A DNA stretch of 64,000 nt from the human T2T-CHM13v2.0 reference genome, Homo sapiens. The notes beneath the pieces were generated by a model. The model made no database searches. It was not told the DNA's origin and saw only the letters and a list, made by a program, of their open reading frames with translations. Where the stretch lies: NCBI RefSeq assembly GCF_009914755.1, contig NC_060943.1; one strand, 5' to 3'. Below, piece by piece: positions 35,680 to 53,895 of the stretch (position 1 is the first letter of the stretch; every line of letters starts with the position of its first letter). The position numbers and the translations under genes are program-made.

Positions 35680-36290
35680 ACCTGCTAAACCAATAAATTA
35701 CATTCACTCTCATTTCCAGAGGAACGCTTTTACATAAATATCTGCCATAGAAATAAATCAGATAAATTAATAAGAACTCCCTCCTCTCCTCAAACCAAAC
35801 AGTGAACAGTAATGGTTATCAGACCAGTTAAAAGAATAAACCTATTAAATAAATAAATTTGCTCTACGCCAATTTATGTCACCAATGTACTTAAGGGGAA
35901 ACCTTTTAAAAGAGTAGATTTACAGTGCACACACAGATCTCCACTGGGTATGTGTAATTATGCATAAGAAAGACATTACTTTTAAAGTGGATGAATGGGC
36001 GATACTTTTTTGATTTACTGCTAGAAACAGAAAAATGGTAATGGCATGAAATAAGCGTTTGCAAACCCATTTCGGAAGACAGGAAATGCTTGATTTACCT
36101 AGGGCACCCATCAGGTTCTGTATTTCAGATCAAAGTAGATAAATGGTAAGGCAAATGGATATTTGGGGGGAAATCTATAGCCTTTCTGTCAACTCTGCAA
36201 GTTAAATGTTTGGAATAAAAACGCAGAGAGTGTCTATGTGCAAGGAAGAAGTCATGATTTATTAGCAATCGGGCAAATGGAAGTGGGCAG
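35680..36290. promoter_or_regulatory. Candidate developmental enhancer (PBX-HOX/MEIS/TCF motif cluster)
   Basis: Repeat-free AT-rich block with TGATTTAY at 35753(-), 36011, 36091 and 36255; AGATCAAAG at 36127; CTGTCA at 36186. Confidence 0.55.
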
Positions 36291-36308
36291 TGCTTACCTG
36301 GAAGGTGA

Positions 36309-37725
<1,417 letters not shown>

Positions 37726-38569
37726 TATGGGCCAGATTTCCATCTCAGCTCTGTTAGTCTCTAGCTAGATCACACTTTCTCTCCAAGTCTCAGTTTCCAC
37801 ATCTCCCAAATTGGTATAATCATCTCTGAGCCTGTGATGGTTAAATGAGATAATATATTTAAAAAACTTAACAATGTTGCACAGTCAGTAAATAGTGACA
37901 ATTACCGTGTTGCTTTTTTTTTTCATCATCAGGGAGAAATGCAAAGAGTGCTGACCAGGTGACGGGCTAGGTGCCCAGCCCTGTGCTAGGTGCTCTGAGG
38001 ACTGAGAGATGGAAACCACAGGGCTCTGCCTCAGGGAAATTACATTTGCTCTTGTACACGAGAAATAGGAAACACTAGGTGGTATCCATTATTGCCACAG
38101 CAGCTCAGCGAGAAGGGATGTGAGTTGAGCCTTGACTTGCAAGGAGAGTTAGGATAGGCAGAGAGAGGACATTCCAGGTGTAGGAACTGCATAGGCAGAG
38201 GGCTGGGGGCAGCCTCTGGGAGGTGGAAGGGAGAAGTGTCTCTGGAGGTGAAGATGTGGGGAGGGTCAGAGAGCTACGGCCAGAACACGAGGAGCCCCGG
38301 GGACTGCCCCTCAGAAGGTGCTCTCATAACAGCCAACATGTGGCCCACTCTGCCACCATTAGGAGCCTAGCTTGTCCAACTGGTCCAGCCTCCACTGAGC
38401 AGTCAGGTCCTGCTGGCCTCTCTTTCTACTTTCCCAGCCCCAGGGACCACTCTCTGTGCGAAGGTTTTCCCTGATGGGGCCAGACCAACCCCGCCTTTCA
38501 CCCGTATGACTCAGTCATCAGGCAGATACCCCCACCACTGCTCAGGGTCATGAACACCCATGCCCGGCT

Positions 38570-38850
38570 CTGGCTGGCTCGACTGGCTTGCTCATGCCCA
38601 CATAGGAGGGCATGCCGGGAGCATGAAGGAATTCAGGAGTTGGCAGATTTACACAGTCAGAACGCACTAATATCTTTTGACCAGCTTAAGAATAAATATG
38701 GCCCAACAAATTGTCGTTTTTATGGGTATTTACAGCCAAGGCACTTTGTAAACCCAAGAACTAGTATTTCCCAGAGGAAATCTGGCTCTCGATTCTTGAT
38801 AAATTATTGGAAAGTCAGACCAGCCCCAGCTCAGGGGTTTCTCTCTCTTA
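38570..38850 (+). mobile_element. Ancient LINE relic resembling fish/amphibian-type L1/Tx1 ORF2 C-terminal region
   Basis: GIQELADLHSQNALISFDQLKNKYGPTNCRFYGYLQPRHFV (38628-38750) fits the remembered pattern GI-xx-L-x-DL...L-x-SF-x-QL-xx-KY...FF-x-YLQ-x-RHF. Confidence 0.65.
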
Positions 38851-38959
38851 TTAGTGGTTCCAGAGGTGTGGCCTGAGCCAGAATTAGGCTTGTCTGGGCT
38901 GAAGTCTCTGAAGGGGGTGAGCAGCCCCCAGGCACCTAATGATGATACCAATAGTAATA

Positions 38960-39115
38960 ATCACAAGCATGTGCCTAGCAATTACTTGGTCCCGGGACAC
39001 TCTTTCAAACCCTTCCCAAGTATTAACTCATTTAATCATCAAAACAGCCTTACAGCGTAGGTACTATTATTATTCCCATTTTATAGATGAGGAAACGGAG
39101 GCACAGAGGATTCCA
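38960..39115 (-). mobile_element. MIR
   Basis: ttattcccattttatagatgaggaaacggaggcacagagg. Confidence 0.8.
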
Positions 39116-40805
39116 GTAAGATTCAGGAATTTCTCCAGGGTAAAAGGGAATCCAACCCGGGTAATACTCGGAATGCTTTCTGTTGCAAGTTTAAAAGCTC
39201 AAATGAAACTAACATTTAAGCAAAAACAACAATGTATTAGCTCATGCACATAAAAAGTGCACGGGGGTAGCGGGGAGGGGGGCAGGAGCTCCTCCACCTG
39301 TGTCATCAGTTTCCTAATATTTCCCAGTTCCTGATCCTTTGCTCCTCGGTCATCCTCACAAGGTGCTCCTTTCTCGCAGGGGACCCAGACTTTAAAACGC
39401 AACCCATGCAAATGAAGCAAGAAGGCAGAAGTCAAGCCCCTGGACTCGGCTGTTTTCATTGGTCAGATTAGATCACATGCACTCTAGCCATGACCCACTC
39501 AGAGAGGCCAGAGAATGCCGTTTGCTGATTGGCTGAGCGTGGGAGCGAGGACCCCGCTTTGTTCAAGGCTGGGCTGGACCTGGCACTGTGCTCCACCTGC
39601 GAAGTCCCCCTCCCTGGGTCAAAGGACCCAGAGTGCAGTCGCCACCCCAGGGGCCTGCCACCCTCCTGGCAGTTCAGTTACCCTCCAGTGCAGGGATGCT
39701 GTGCCTCTTCCCCAGGTCAGAGACCAACAGTAGGCCCTGCTTCAGTTTCCTCATCCTCTAGAATCAAGGAGGACCCACGACTGCCTCCAGTTCACCCTTG
39801 AGGCTTCTGGGGCTTTCCTGAGGCTGAGTTGCCCTCAGCGGCCAGACTACCTGCAGGGAGTTTGCAGGCGCTGGGGCCCGAGTTTGCAGGTGCGGGGCCC
39901 AGGGTCCTCCCTCAGTTTCACACCTGCCTGGCCCTGGGACCTTGCACCAAGAAGTCATTTCCATGGCAGAATGCATCTTACATCAACGTGTACCGGGTTT
40001 TACTTCTTGTATTCTCTCAAATCTGATACTGTCAAACATCTGCTTTACAAATCATGACACACTGTGTCACTCAAGCCCAGTTGCCACCCGGGGCAGGGAG
40101 AGTCAAGACAAGTGCAGCAGCCAAGAGGAGACAGCAGTGGCGAGGCTGTGTCCCCAGATCAAGCTTTGCCTGCAGGCGGCTTAGCGGATTTGATGAGAAA
40201 CAGTCCTAGGCTCCACATTCTGCCGGTTCACTGTGTCCCAGTCATGAGGTCCAGATGCTTCAGGCACTGGGTCCCCCAAGCCCACCGGTGTGTGTCTTTA
40301 TAATCTCTGCTGGACAGCCCTGCAGCGCACTGCCCGCCATGCTGGCTGCACAGAACAGGCATCTCCATCCCTCTTCAGTGTTGCTCAAGAGAATAACCTT
40401 CCAACACAAACATCCAAACTCAACAAACATACTTTTTTGACAGCTTGAACATTTTTTTAAAAAGCCAACAAATGTTGCATCAAAGCAAAGCCCTCTCCCC
40501 ACTGTGCTCACAGTGTGGGGACTCCCCCTGTCGCTGGTGGAGGCCATGGGAGCCTCAGGCCTCTGAGTCCCTCCCCTCCCGTTGGCAGCCCCCACGGGCC
40601 TGAGTCCTGGGGGGATGACACAGAGTAGGGAAGGTCCCAATGCTGGAGCTCTCCCTGCTGCAAGTGAGAGGCAGAGATGGCTGGGTTGGGGGCAAGGGCT
40701 CATCAGGATCCTGGGATGGGTACTGAAGTGACCCAGGTGACATCCACAGGTCCGGGGGACTGACTGGATGTGGGGGATGAGGGTGGAATCAAGATGCTGC
40801 CTGGG

Positions 40806-41560
<755 letters not shown>

Positions 41561-42124
41561 ATCAAATAAAGGATGCTGCTTGGGTTCTGGGGACAGAAAC
41601 ATGACAGGAGTGAATTCACAAGAAGAGGGCCCAATCCCTCCTGCTGCTGAGGACACATGGAGGGCCCGCCCCATGTTCAGGATAGGCTGAGGTCCTACCA
41701 GAGGCACCGGGATGTGCTGAGCAGCTCCCGATGGTGGGGCTCCCTCTCTGAACACCTGGAAGGACATTCCTCACCTGGGTCCTGAACCTGGAACTGGCTT
41801 CAGGGGATTCAGAGACTCCATCAAGAAGGCCTGGAGGTGTGCACTCCACTCCATACTTCCTGCTCTCATCTCACCAGCAAGGCCCAGAACTCTGAGCGGG
41901 CCTCCCGGGCTGCTCAGCTATGAGTAAAGGAGTTAGTTCCCGGTGCCCATGTGCTCTGTACCCCACTGCATAGGGGAGAGGGCAGGCGCCAGGCATCCTT
42001 CCATCCTTGTCCTTGATGTCACTTTAACACCATGGGAACCTTGACATCCTTCACACATCCTTCTATAGACAGTGCTGGGGCTTCAGCTGTGTTTGGGGGA
42101 GCACAGAGAGGAGACAGGGTGTGT

Positions 42125-42752
42125 CTGTTTGTTTGTTTTTGAGACAGAGTCTCGCTCTGTCGCCCAGGCTGGAGTGCAGTGGCACGATCTCAGCTGGGAT
42201 CTGCCTCCCAGGTTCTACCAATTCTCCCGCGTCAGCCTCTCAAGTAGCTGGGATTACAGGTGCCCACCACCACGCCCAGATTTTTGTATTTTCAGTAGAG
42301 ATGGGGTTTCACCATGTTGGCCAGGCTAGTCTTGAACTCCTGACCTCAGGTGATCCACCCGCCTCGGCCTCCCAAAGTACTGGGATTACAGGCATGAGCC
42401 GCCATGCCTGGCCTACCAGATTTTAAAATAATGATTCTGACCAGGCACGGTGGCTTATGCTTGTAATCCCAGCACTTTGGAAGACCGAAGCGGGCAGATC
42501 ACTTGAGGTCAAGAGTTTGAGACCAGCTTGGCCAAAATGGTGAAACCCCGTTTCTACTAAAAATACAAAAAATTAGCCAGGCATAGTGATGTGCATCTGT
42601 AATCTCAGCTCTCAGGAGACTGAGGCAGGAGAATCACTTGAACCCAGGAGGTAGAGGTTGTGGTGAGCCGAGATCATGCCACTGCACTCCAGGACTGGGG
42701 TCGGAGCAAGACTCCGTCTCAAAAAAATGAATAAATAAAATAAAATAAAATA
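42125..42752. mobile_element. Head-to-head inverted AluS pair (42125-42413 -, 42440-42752 +)
   Basis: ~26-bp spacer. Confidence 0.92.
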
Positions 42753-42771
42753 ATGAATTTAAAATCCAAGG

Positions 42772-42880
42772 CAGGGGTGACCATATAATTGCTCATCCAA
42801 ACCAGGACACTTCCAAGGGTGAAAGGGCAACAGGCATGAGCCAGAATGCTCCAGGGCAAACCATAATGCATGTTCATTCT
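42772..42880. mobile_element. MER81-like hAT MITE
   Basis: ggggtgaccatataatt..catccaaaccaggacac. Confidence 0.65.
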
Positions 42881-43606
42881 GTCCCAAGGTGACTTGTGAG
42901 GGTTCCTTTTGGCTTAAGTGTCATTATAAAGTCACAGCTTTGAGCATATTTCCTTTGTTTCAGTTCGTTGTAGCCATTCTTCTTACTAATATTTAAATTG
43001 TGCCATCTTTGGCCTGTAGGAAAATCAACACTTTGAATCACCTATCCTCATCCTAAGACCGTGAAGTCACAGTCCTGATGCGCTACTCTTTTCTGAGTGC
43101 ATGTGCGCACCTCTTGGAACTGTTAAAATAAGCAGCGTTCATCCTTGCCCTTCCAAAGTGTCCTGGGCACCGGTGGAGGCCATGCAGTGCCTGGGGGACG
43201 TGCTGAAGGAGCCAGGGGCATCAGTAAAGACAGGAGACCACTTAGAGATGGCCCAGGGGACTGCAAAGACCCCATGGGCAGTCAGGAAGGAGGAAGCCAT
43301 TTACGCTGGTACCTGGCAGGCTGCTGGCGGGGGATGCACTTGTGCTGTGTTTGGAAGCTCTTTGAACTGATCAAAGCTGGGCCACACCACGAGGGAGCTG
43401 GATGCCCCCACGGGCTCCCTGGAGCTATGGGTATGCATGTAGACAGGGCAGCCATCCAGCAGCCTTCCTCAGGCCAGCCCCTCCCCACAAGGGAATGTGA
43501 CAACCGCCCCCCCGCACAGCCTGGGCCCCCTTCGTGACCACCTGCTGGGTACCTGGCACCCCAGAATGCCCTGTTCTAATGGCCCTGGACGGTGTACCCC
43601 TAGGTC

Positions 43607-43800
43607 AGTGGTTCTGAAAGCAGGGGAGGCGATTTTGCACCCTGGAAGACATTTGGCAAGGTCTGGAGACATTTCTGGTTTTTACAGCAGGGGGTACAAG
43701 CTAAGGAGGCTGCTGAATAGCCTACGATGCACAGGATGGCCTCATAATAAACAGCGATGGGGCCCAAAATGTCAATGGGGCTGAGGTTGAAAAGCCCTGC
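43607..43800 (+). mobile_element. MER20
   Basis: cagtggttct...gcgattttgc...gacatttggcaa.gtctggagacattt...aatgtcaat...gctgaggttgaaaagccctg. Confidence 0.85.
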
Positions 43801-44100
43801 CCTAGGCCCCAGGGGTGGCAGAGGGGCTGTGTGTGTGGGAGGTAGGGACAGAGCCTGGACACGCAGCCTGCGGTGTCCTCCCACATAAGGGGCAATTCTG
43901 GGTAGTGTGTGGAAGGCAAGTGGAGAGGCCAGGGCTGCTGTGTTCCACACTGGAACTCCCAGAGCCTGAGATTTCCAAAATTAAACCTGGCCTTCTAGGT
44001 CTTTTTGAAGTTATATTGGTTAGGGCAGGGGAAAAGAACATATTTTATTTAAGCATTTGTTGGCTTGATTTGTAACTGTTAGATACGTAGATATAGGTTA

Positions 44101-44703
<603 letters not shown>

Positions 44704-45063
44704 TGTGGCCTCTGCTTATCGCTTTGCCTCAGGTGGGGACCTAGGAAACACTCGTGCACAATCTGTGCTCAGACAGAGACCCAGGAGGGAGGCATGGAGG
44801 CTGCAAGGAGCCCATGAGTCCTGCAGGAAGGGGCCTGGCTGGGATGGTTGTTAGATTCCACCCAGGCATTCCCCACTCATGCAGATATCTGCAGAACCCC
44901 AGCTGTGTGCAGGCAACTGGCTGAGTGCCGGGGATGCTCACCCTCTAAGACAAGAGGACAAGAAACCACCAATGATGAAAGAGACAGTGGTGTGCTACGA
45001 GATCCCCAGGCTGGGGCTCAGGGCTCTGGGGCAAATACTCCATGGAGTTCCCGGCTGCCTTCT

Positions 45064-45294
45064 TCCTGGGTCCTTACCTTGGGTCATGTGGGTCTTCACA
45101 CGTCCCCTCCCCCCGACCACCACACTTGTGCCTGCAGTTGAATTCTCCTTTTCAGAGCATCTGGGCACTGCCAGGACCACCCTAGGGAGGGGTGTCCACT
45201 GGAATCTGAGTCCAGAGCCACCATGCAGGGACCTCTGAGATCACCAATGCACCCATTTCACAGATTAGAAAACTGAGACATCTCAACTTGTACA
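45064..45294 (+). repeat. 231-bp segment duplicated at 46459-46689
   Basis: Colinear, about 10 substitutions, no indels (manual count). Confidence 0.95.
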
Positions 45295-45483
45295 AGGCCA
45301 TGCAGGGAGGGATGGTAGGGTCTGGCTAGTGGGTTAACCAGCTCCCATGGCACTCTGCCACCTGCCAGATGCCCTTCCCACCGGGCTGCTCCCGGGACTT
45401 CGGTGGGGAGGGCTTTCACACATGTCAGCATTCTTGAATCCCAGAGGTCTCCTCCTGGTTCTGATGTACTGGACTAAAGAAGA

Positions 45484-45773
45484 GGCCAGGTGCAGCAGCT
45501 CACACTGTAATCTCAGCACTTTGGGAGGTCAAGGTAGGAGGATGGCTTGAGCCCAGGAGTTTGAGACCAGCTTGGTCAACATAGTGAAACCTCACCTCTC
45601 CAAAAAATAAAAAAAAAATTAGCCAGGTGTGGTGGTGCGTGCCTGCAGTTCCATCTACTCGGGAGGCTGAGCTTGAGCCCAGGAGGTCAAGGCTGCAGCG
45701 AGCTGAGATCAGGCCACTGCACCCACCCCAGCCTGGGCAACAGAGCGTGACCCTGTCTTAAAAAAACAAAAAA
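45484..45773 (+). mobile_element. AluJ
   Basis: Dimer with a small deletion. Confidence 0.9.
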
Positions 45774-45972
45774 AGTTGCCATTGGGGTCCCCCTTTCTCC
45801 AGCCTGGCCTGTGCTGTGTGAGGGATGGCCCTAACCCTCAGAGGGAATGGAAACTTCGTTCCTCGGTGGGCAGCGCTGGTAACCATGAGTAAGAGGAGGA
45901 AGTGTCCGGGCCTGACAGGGTCCAGGGCCCAGCTCTCCTGCCCAAGGGCAAGACTGGCTGCGTGGCCGCCAC

Positions 45973-45991
45973 TGGCCAGCAGAGGGCGCGG
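45973..45991 (+). promoter_or_regulatory. Strong CTCF motif inside a small CpG-rich patch (~45860-46110)
   Basis: TGGCCAGCAGAGGGCGCGG versus consensus TGGCCASYAGRKGGCRS; CpGs retained locally. Confidence 0.75.
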
Positions 45992-46195
45992 CCTGAGGCG
46001 CCCAAGGAGGGCAGCAGGAGGCAGGCGGCGGGGCTGTCCCGCTCCGAGAGCGGCGGGAAGCGCCAGCCAGGCCGGCCCTCCCTTCCCTCCGGACAGCCCG
46101 GAACCCCGCCACACACCTATGGCTGATGGGTGCTGTCAGTTCTGTTTGCTATGCTTTCTGCCATCACTATTGTTATGTTAAACTCCCCTGACTAG

Positions 46196-46828
<633 letters not shown>

Positions 46829-47107
46829 TTGTAAAAATAAAAATTAGATCCCTCACACAGAGTCCAGGGAGGGAGAGTTCCGTGGGCTGGGAGCTGAGAG
46901 GTGGGGAGATGGGCTCTCTGCACCCACACTTCCCTGCTGTGTGGCCCCAGGCAGGTTACTTCATCTCTCTGTGCCTTGGTTTCACCTCCTCCTGTAAGAT
47001 GCGGCACTGGGACTGCCTCTCAGGAGAGTCCCGCAGAGCAGTCTGGGGAGGTGCTTGGCATGGCTGCCGGCACCTGCTCACCGTCATCACACGGGGACTT
47101 AGTCTTA

Positions 47108-47450
<343 letters not shown>

Positions 47451-48230
47451 GGGGATTGGAAGCTTACAGCCGGAAGGGGAGGCACAGGCTGGGTGAAGTG
47501 GGCCAGGTGTCACCAGGAGACAGGGCAAGGGCTTCAGAGCGGGAGATGGGGCTGCGCTTCAGAACCCTGGGCTCTCTTGGGCAGTGGGGGCCTCACACCA
47601 CAATCCCCAGCACTGGCCCCAAACAGGCGGCTTCTATTTCTTTCTGCTTTTTTAGAGAAGGAAAACTCATCCTGCTTCAGTATGCAGCAGCCAATAAAAA
47701 CACGTTAATCTTTAACGTGTTAGCAAAACAGCCTCCAATTTGAATATCGGCTCTTCCTCCCATCTGTGGCAGTTTGCACAGATTTTTTTTTAGAGTGGCA
47801 GAATGCCTCATCTATGCACCAGCCGGTGGCAGGCGCCATTCACTGCCACAGAGCCTCCCCCAGGGCCGTGAAGGGCCCCCATCCCAGACCATGGCATGGA
47901 GTCCCGGCAGAGGGGCTCATCTAAGCTCTACCTTAGCACAAGAGGGCCCCAGATTTGAGGATTTTGCAGATCAGTAAAATTACACCCAAACCAACTGGGA
48001 AGGAACATAGGGATACCAGCTCATGATTTTGCCCAGGAAAGCCATTTGAGAGAAAAAATAGATGGTCATCCAAGAACCTCTTCAATTCACTGGAGAAATA
48101 AAATTTTGACATCAAAAGGGGGAGGCAGACAGAATGAAAGAATAACAGGTCTTCAAACTGAGCAAATTTAGGGAGACCTACCGTGTTGACTTTATTTTTA
48201 TCATTTGGACGTTTAAAATAACCCTGGGGG

Positions 48231-48704
<474 letters not shown>

Positions 48705-49491
48705 GATTAAAAAAAGAAGAAGAAGAAGAAAGCCCTGGGGAATCTGCAGACCTACCCAAGGGGGACAGTGAGTTTAGTATGCTAGGAGTGCCCAGCTAGA
48801 TCCCCAGCCTGAGCTATTCTGGGCTCGCCTGCCCCCAGCCTGCTGCCCCCTCAAGAGAACCGTGACCAGAAACTTAGTCCTTGGGAAATATGCGCTACTG
48901 CAGAACTTGTCAAATGGCAAAGAATCAAGGAAGGAATAAATAGCAATATTTTATAAGTTTTAAAATGCTATTTTAACACAAATACCAGAGCAACTATAGC
49001 ATAAATCAACAGAGACACCCAAAAGTATGTTTGTACAAGAAATGTAATAAGCTGGTATGAAAAACAGTGTCAACTGGTACAGATGGCAGAAAAAGCCAAT
49101 ATTCAAATGTATGCTGTTTTACTAACACATTAAAGATCAACATTTTGGTACCTGCTGCTCACGATAGCAGGATTAAAAAAACACACAACACACACATATC
49201 CTCACGCGTGATATTCTAACCCAGAGAATGCAAGATTCTTAAAGAAATTGTCAAGCACTTTCTATACTTCATCTGGTGGTTTTAAAGCTTCCGTGGTTCA
49301 GAGGAAAATTTGCATCTGAAAATGCGGCTTTTCCCCTAGCTGCCTGATGTTGGAGAAAATTAGAAAAGCAGGATGAGAAAATATCAGGGTTGTAGTCCTT
49401 AGAAGTCTCCTTCCAGATTAGTAATGGGAACAGAATTATCCCAAGTGAATGACTCTGGTGGTGCCTCTCCTCTCTGAGTACAGGACAGGCT

Positions 49492-49810
<319 letters not shown>

Positions 49811-50332
49811 AGCACGGGCTATTTTTAAGATGCTTTCAGGCATTGCAGCTCTGGGGGCCCAAAAGAGCCCTCTGAGGTGCGCAGGCCAGGGAGCACTACC
49901 CATACACTACAAATGGGCAAACTGAGGCTCAGACGTGGTGTACAGCTGACCAGAGATCACAGGGCCTAAAGGAAGCGTGATGGGCGTGCAGACCAGGCAC
50001 ACAATTGAGCAAAAAGCCCCCAGGAAACTCTCAACTGCCTCTTGTGGTGTCACCTCGTAAGCCCATGGGCCTGGGAATTGGGCAGCCCGAGTTCCAATCT
50101 TCACTCCCACCAGGCCCGACCTTAGGCAAGTGACCTCACCTCTGAGCCCCTACTGAGACACAAGATCGACAAAAACCTCCCCACAGCGCTGGCATGAGGA
50201 TCGAAGGAGATGCAGTGGGTGAGCGTGGCCAGTGTGCATGGCAACTGTGATGTCATGCTCTGTCCAGAACAGAGACAGCCAGCCGCAGATGCTTTACTTG
50301 GCTTACCTAGTGTTTTTAAAAGTCTTTTGATT

Positions 50333-51083
<751 letters not shown>

Positions 51084-51125
51084 TTAGGAAAGCCACCCCA
51101 CAAAGTCATACTCCAATCACATGGG

Positions 51126-51672
<547 letters not shown>

Positions 51673-52235
51673 TCCAAATGCAGGACAATATCTGGAAGGC
51701 AACAAGTCCAGTTGATGACAGAGGCTACCTCTGCGGAGGGTACTGGGTGATGCTGATCAAAGAGAACTTTAAACCCATGGGTAATGTCTTTACTTTCTGG
51801 AAGAATACATTTGTGTGCTGTTGAATTGGTAAAATCACCAAGGATAGAAGGAAGGAGAGAGGGTCAGAGTGGACCACTGTAGACTTGGCCCTGCCCCACA
51901 TCTTCAGGGCAGCAGAGGGTTTGGGAGGGGTGGGAGCCCCAGGGCTCATGTAGTCACTGCTGTCCTCACGCACCCGCCTGGAGGGTCCCTCCTCCCTGCA
52001 GTGACACTCCCTGGAGTCTCTGTGACTGCTCTCACAGACACCGGCAGCAGATTAGGTTTTCACCTTTCCCTAATGAATGTGACTTTTAGCAACTGTGCCG
52101 AGTGTTTTTTTAAAACAGCCTCTTTCACCAAAGCATCATTACCAGCAAATTTGTTACAGCTTCCAGACCAACTCCATCAAATCACCTGCAGCCCATGGTT
52201 TCTCCTTCTCCTTTTCCTCCTCCTCCTTCTTCCTT

Positions 52236-52513
52236 CTTCTTTTTTTGAGACAAAGTTTCACTCTTGTTGCCCAGTCTGGAGTGCAATGGCGCAATCTCAG
52301 CTCACTGCAACCTCTGCCCTCTGCTGCCTCCCAGGTTCAAGCAATTCTCCTGCCTCACGTAGCTGGGATGCCCAGCTAACTTTTTGTGTTTTTAGTAGAG
52401 ATGGGATTTCACCATGTTGGCCAGGCTGGTCTTGAACTCCTGACCTCAGGTGATCCACCCTCCTAGGCCTCCCAAAGTGCTGGGATTACAGGCGTGAGCC
52501 ACCATGCCTGGCC
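52236..52513 (-). mobile_element. AluSq/Sp with internal deletion
   Basis: gtttcactcttgttgccc diagnostic. Confidence 0.9.
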
Positions 52514-52854
52514 TGCACCTCCATCTTCACGGGCCTGGACAGAATTCTCCAATTAACTGAGACCTGGTGACATTTGTGGTACTATGCGATGCTCACAGCA
52601 CAGATGCACGCTCCCTCTTCTGATTCCAGCAGGCACCAAGACCCAGGCCCAGGGAGGGCCAGTATGCGTCAGCATTGCCTGTGCACCCTGGTGACACCTG
52701 GACCTCCTTCTACCAAACAAAGACACTGCAGTAAGGTGGAAGCCTCCTTTGACCCCTCTCCAAGAGACGACCACTATCACCCAGTATGAGTAATCACTAT
52801 TGCCCAGCCCAGGTAGCTGGGGTCACTACCAGACTTGTATCCTAAATTTTATAC

Positions 52855-52858
52855 AGAT

Positions 52859-52908
<50 letters not shown>

Positions 52909-53110
52909 CAGACAGATAGATAGATAGACAGATGATAGATAGATAATTGATAGAGGTAGATGCTGGATATGATAGATTATAGGTAGAAAGAGACGGATAG
53001 GTGGATAGCTGATTGATAAATAAGAGATATGATAGATAAATAGATTATAAATAGAGATTATTTAGAGAGATGGATAGACAGATGACTGATGGATAGAGGC
53101 ATAGATACAT
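52855..53110. repeat. (GATA)n/(GACA)n compound STR with degenerate extension
   Basis: About 12 perfect GATA units from 52859. Confidence 0.95.
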
Positions 53111-53619
53111 AATACATTTACAGCCACACACATTTTACTGTCGTCTGGGGCTTTGGTGCCCCCATACCTGGTACTGAATCACACATGTTCTTCCTTTTCT
53201 TGCCTTTTCCCCCAAGGCACTCACTGGAGCTCTTTCTTTGCCCATTACATTCTACTAATACCCTCATGTCCTAAAGCAAGGAGGCAGCAGGGATGGGGGC
53301 TGACGTGGCCTCCCGTACTCACCAGACATGGCTGTGTCAGCCAGCAGTGGGGACACCCCTTGGCCATAATTCAGCTGCCCAGAGGGGATGACTTTCCGGG
53401 ATCCACACGGGTGCTGAAGGGGCTGGTGGAGATGACAGCTGGCTGATCCCAAGGACAAGCAGGGACTGCACTGGGACTTAAACTCTTAGGGGTGTTTCCG
53501 GTTGTTCGTGGTGCACAATTCCACCACGAGCAGCCTTGTCCTTGCTTCCTTGGGAAGCTGCGTCTCCAGGTGGGAGCTCTCTGAGCCACCTGGAGCAGTC
53601 ACAATCAGAGACCAGACCT

Positions 53620-53895
53620 ATTTATTTACTTATGTTTTTGAGACAGGGTCTTGCTCTGTTGCTCAGGCTGGAGTGCAGTGGTGTGATCATAGCTCACTGC
53701 AGCCTCGCTCTCCTGAGCCAAGGGATCATCCTTTCTCAGCCTCCCAAGTAGCTGGGACTACAGGTGTGCACCACCATACCTGGCTATATCTTTTTTTGTA
53801 AAGATGAGGTTTCGCTGTGTTGCCCAGGCTGGTCTTGAACTCCCGCCTCAGCCTCCAACGTGCTGGGATTATAGGTGTGAGCCACCACGCCCAGA
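53620..53895 (-). mobile_element. AluJ
   Basis: Antisense, with left-arm deletion. Confidence 0.9.

Noticed and set aside
52855-52960. GATA repeat as a named forensic or linkage STR
   Set aside because: I do not recognise the flanks, so no name can be assigned.
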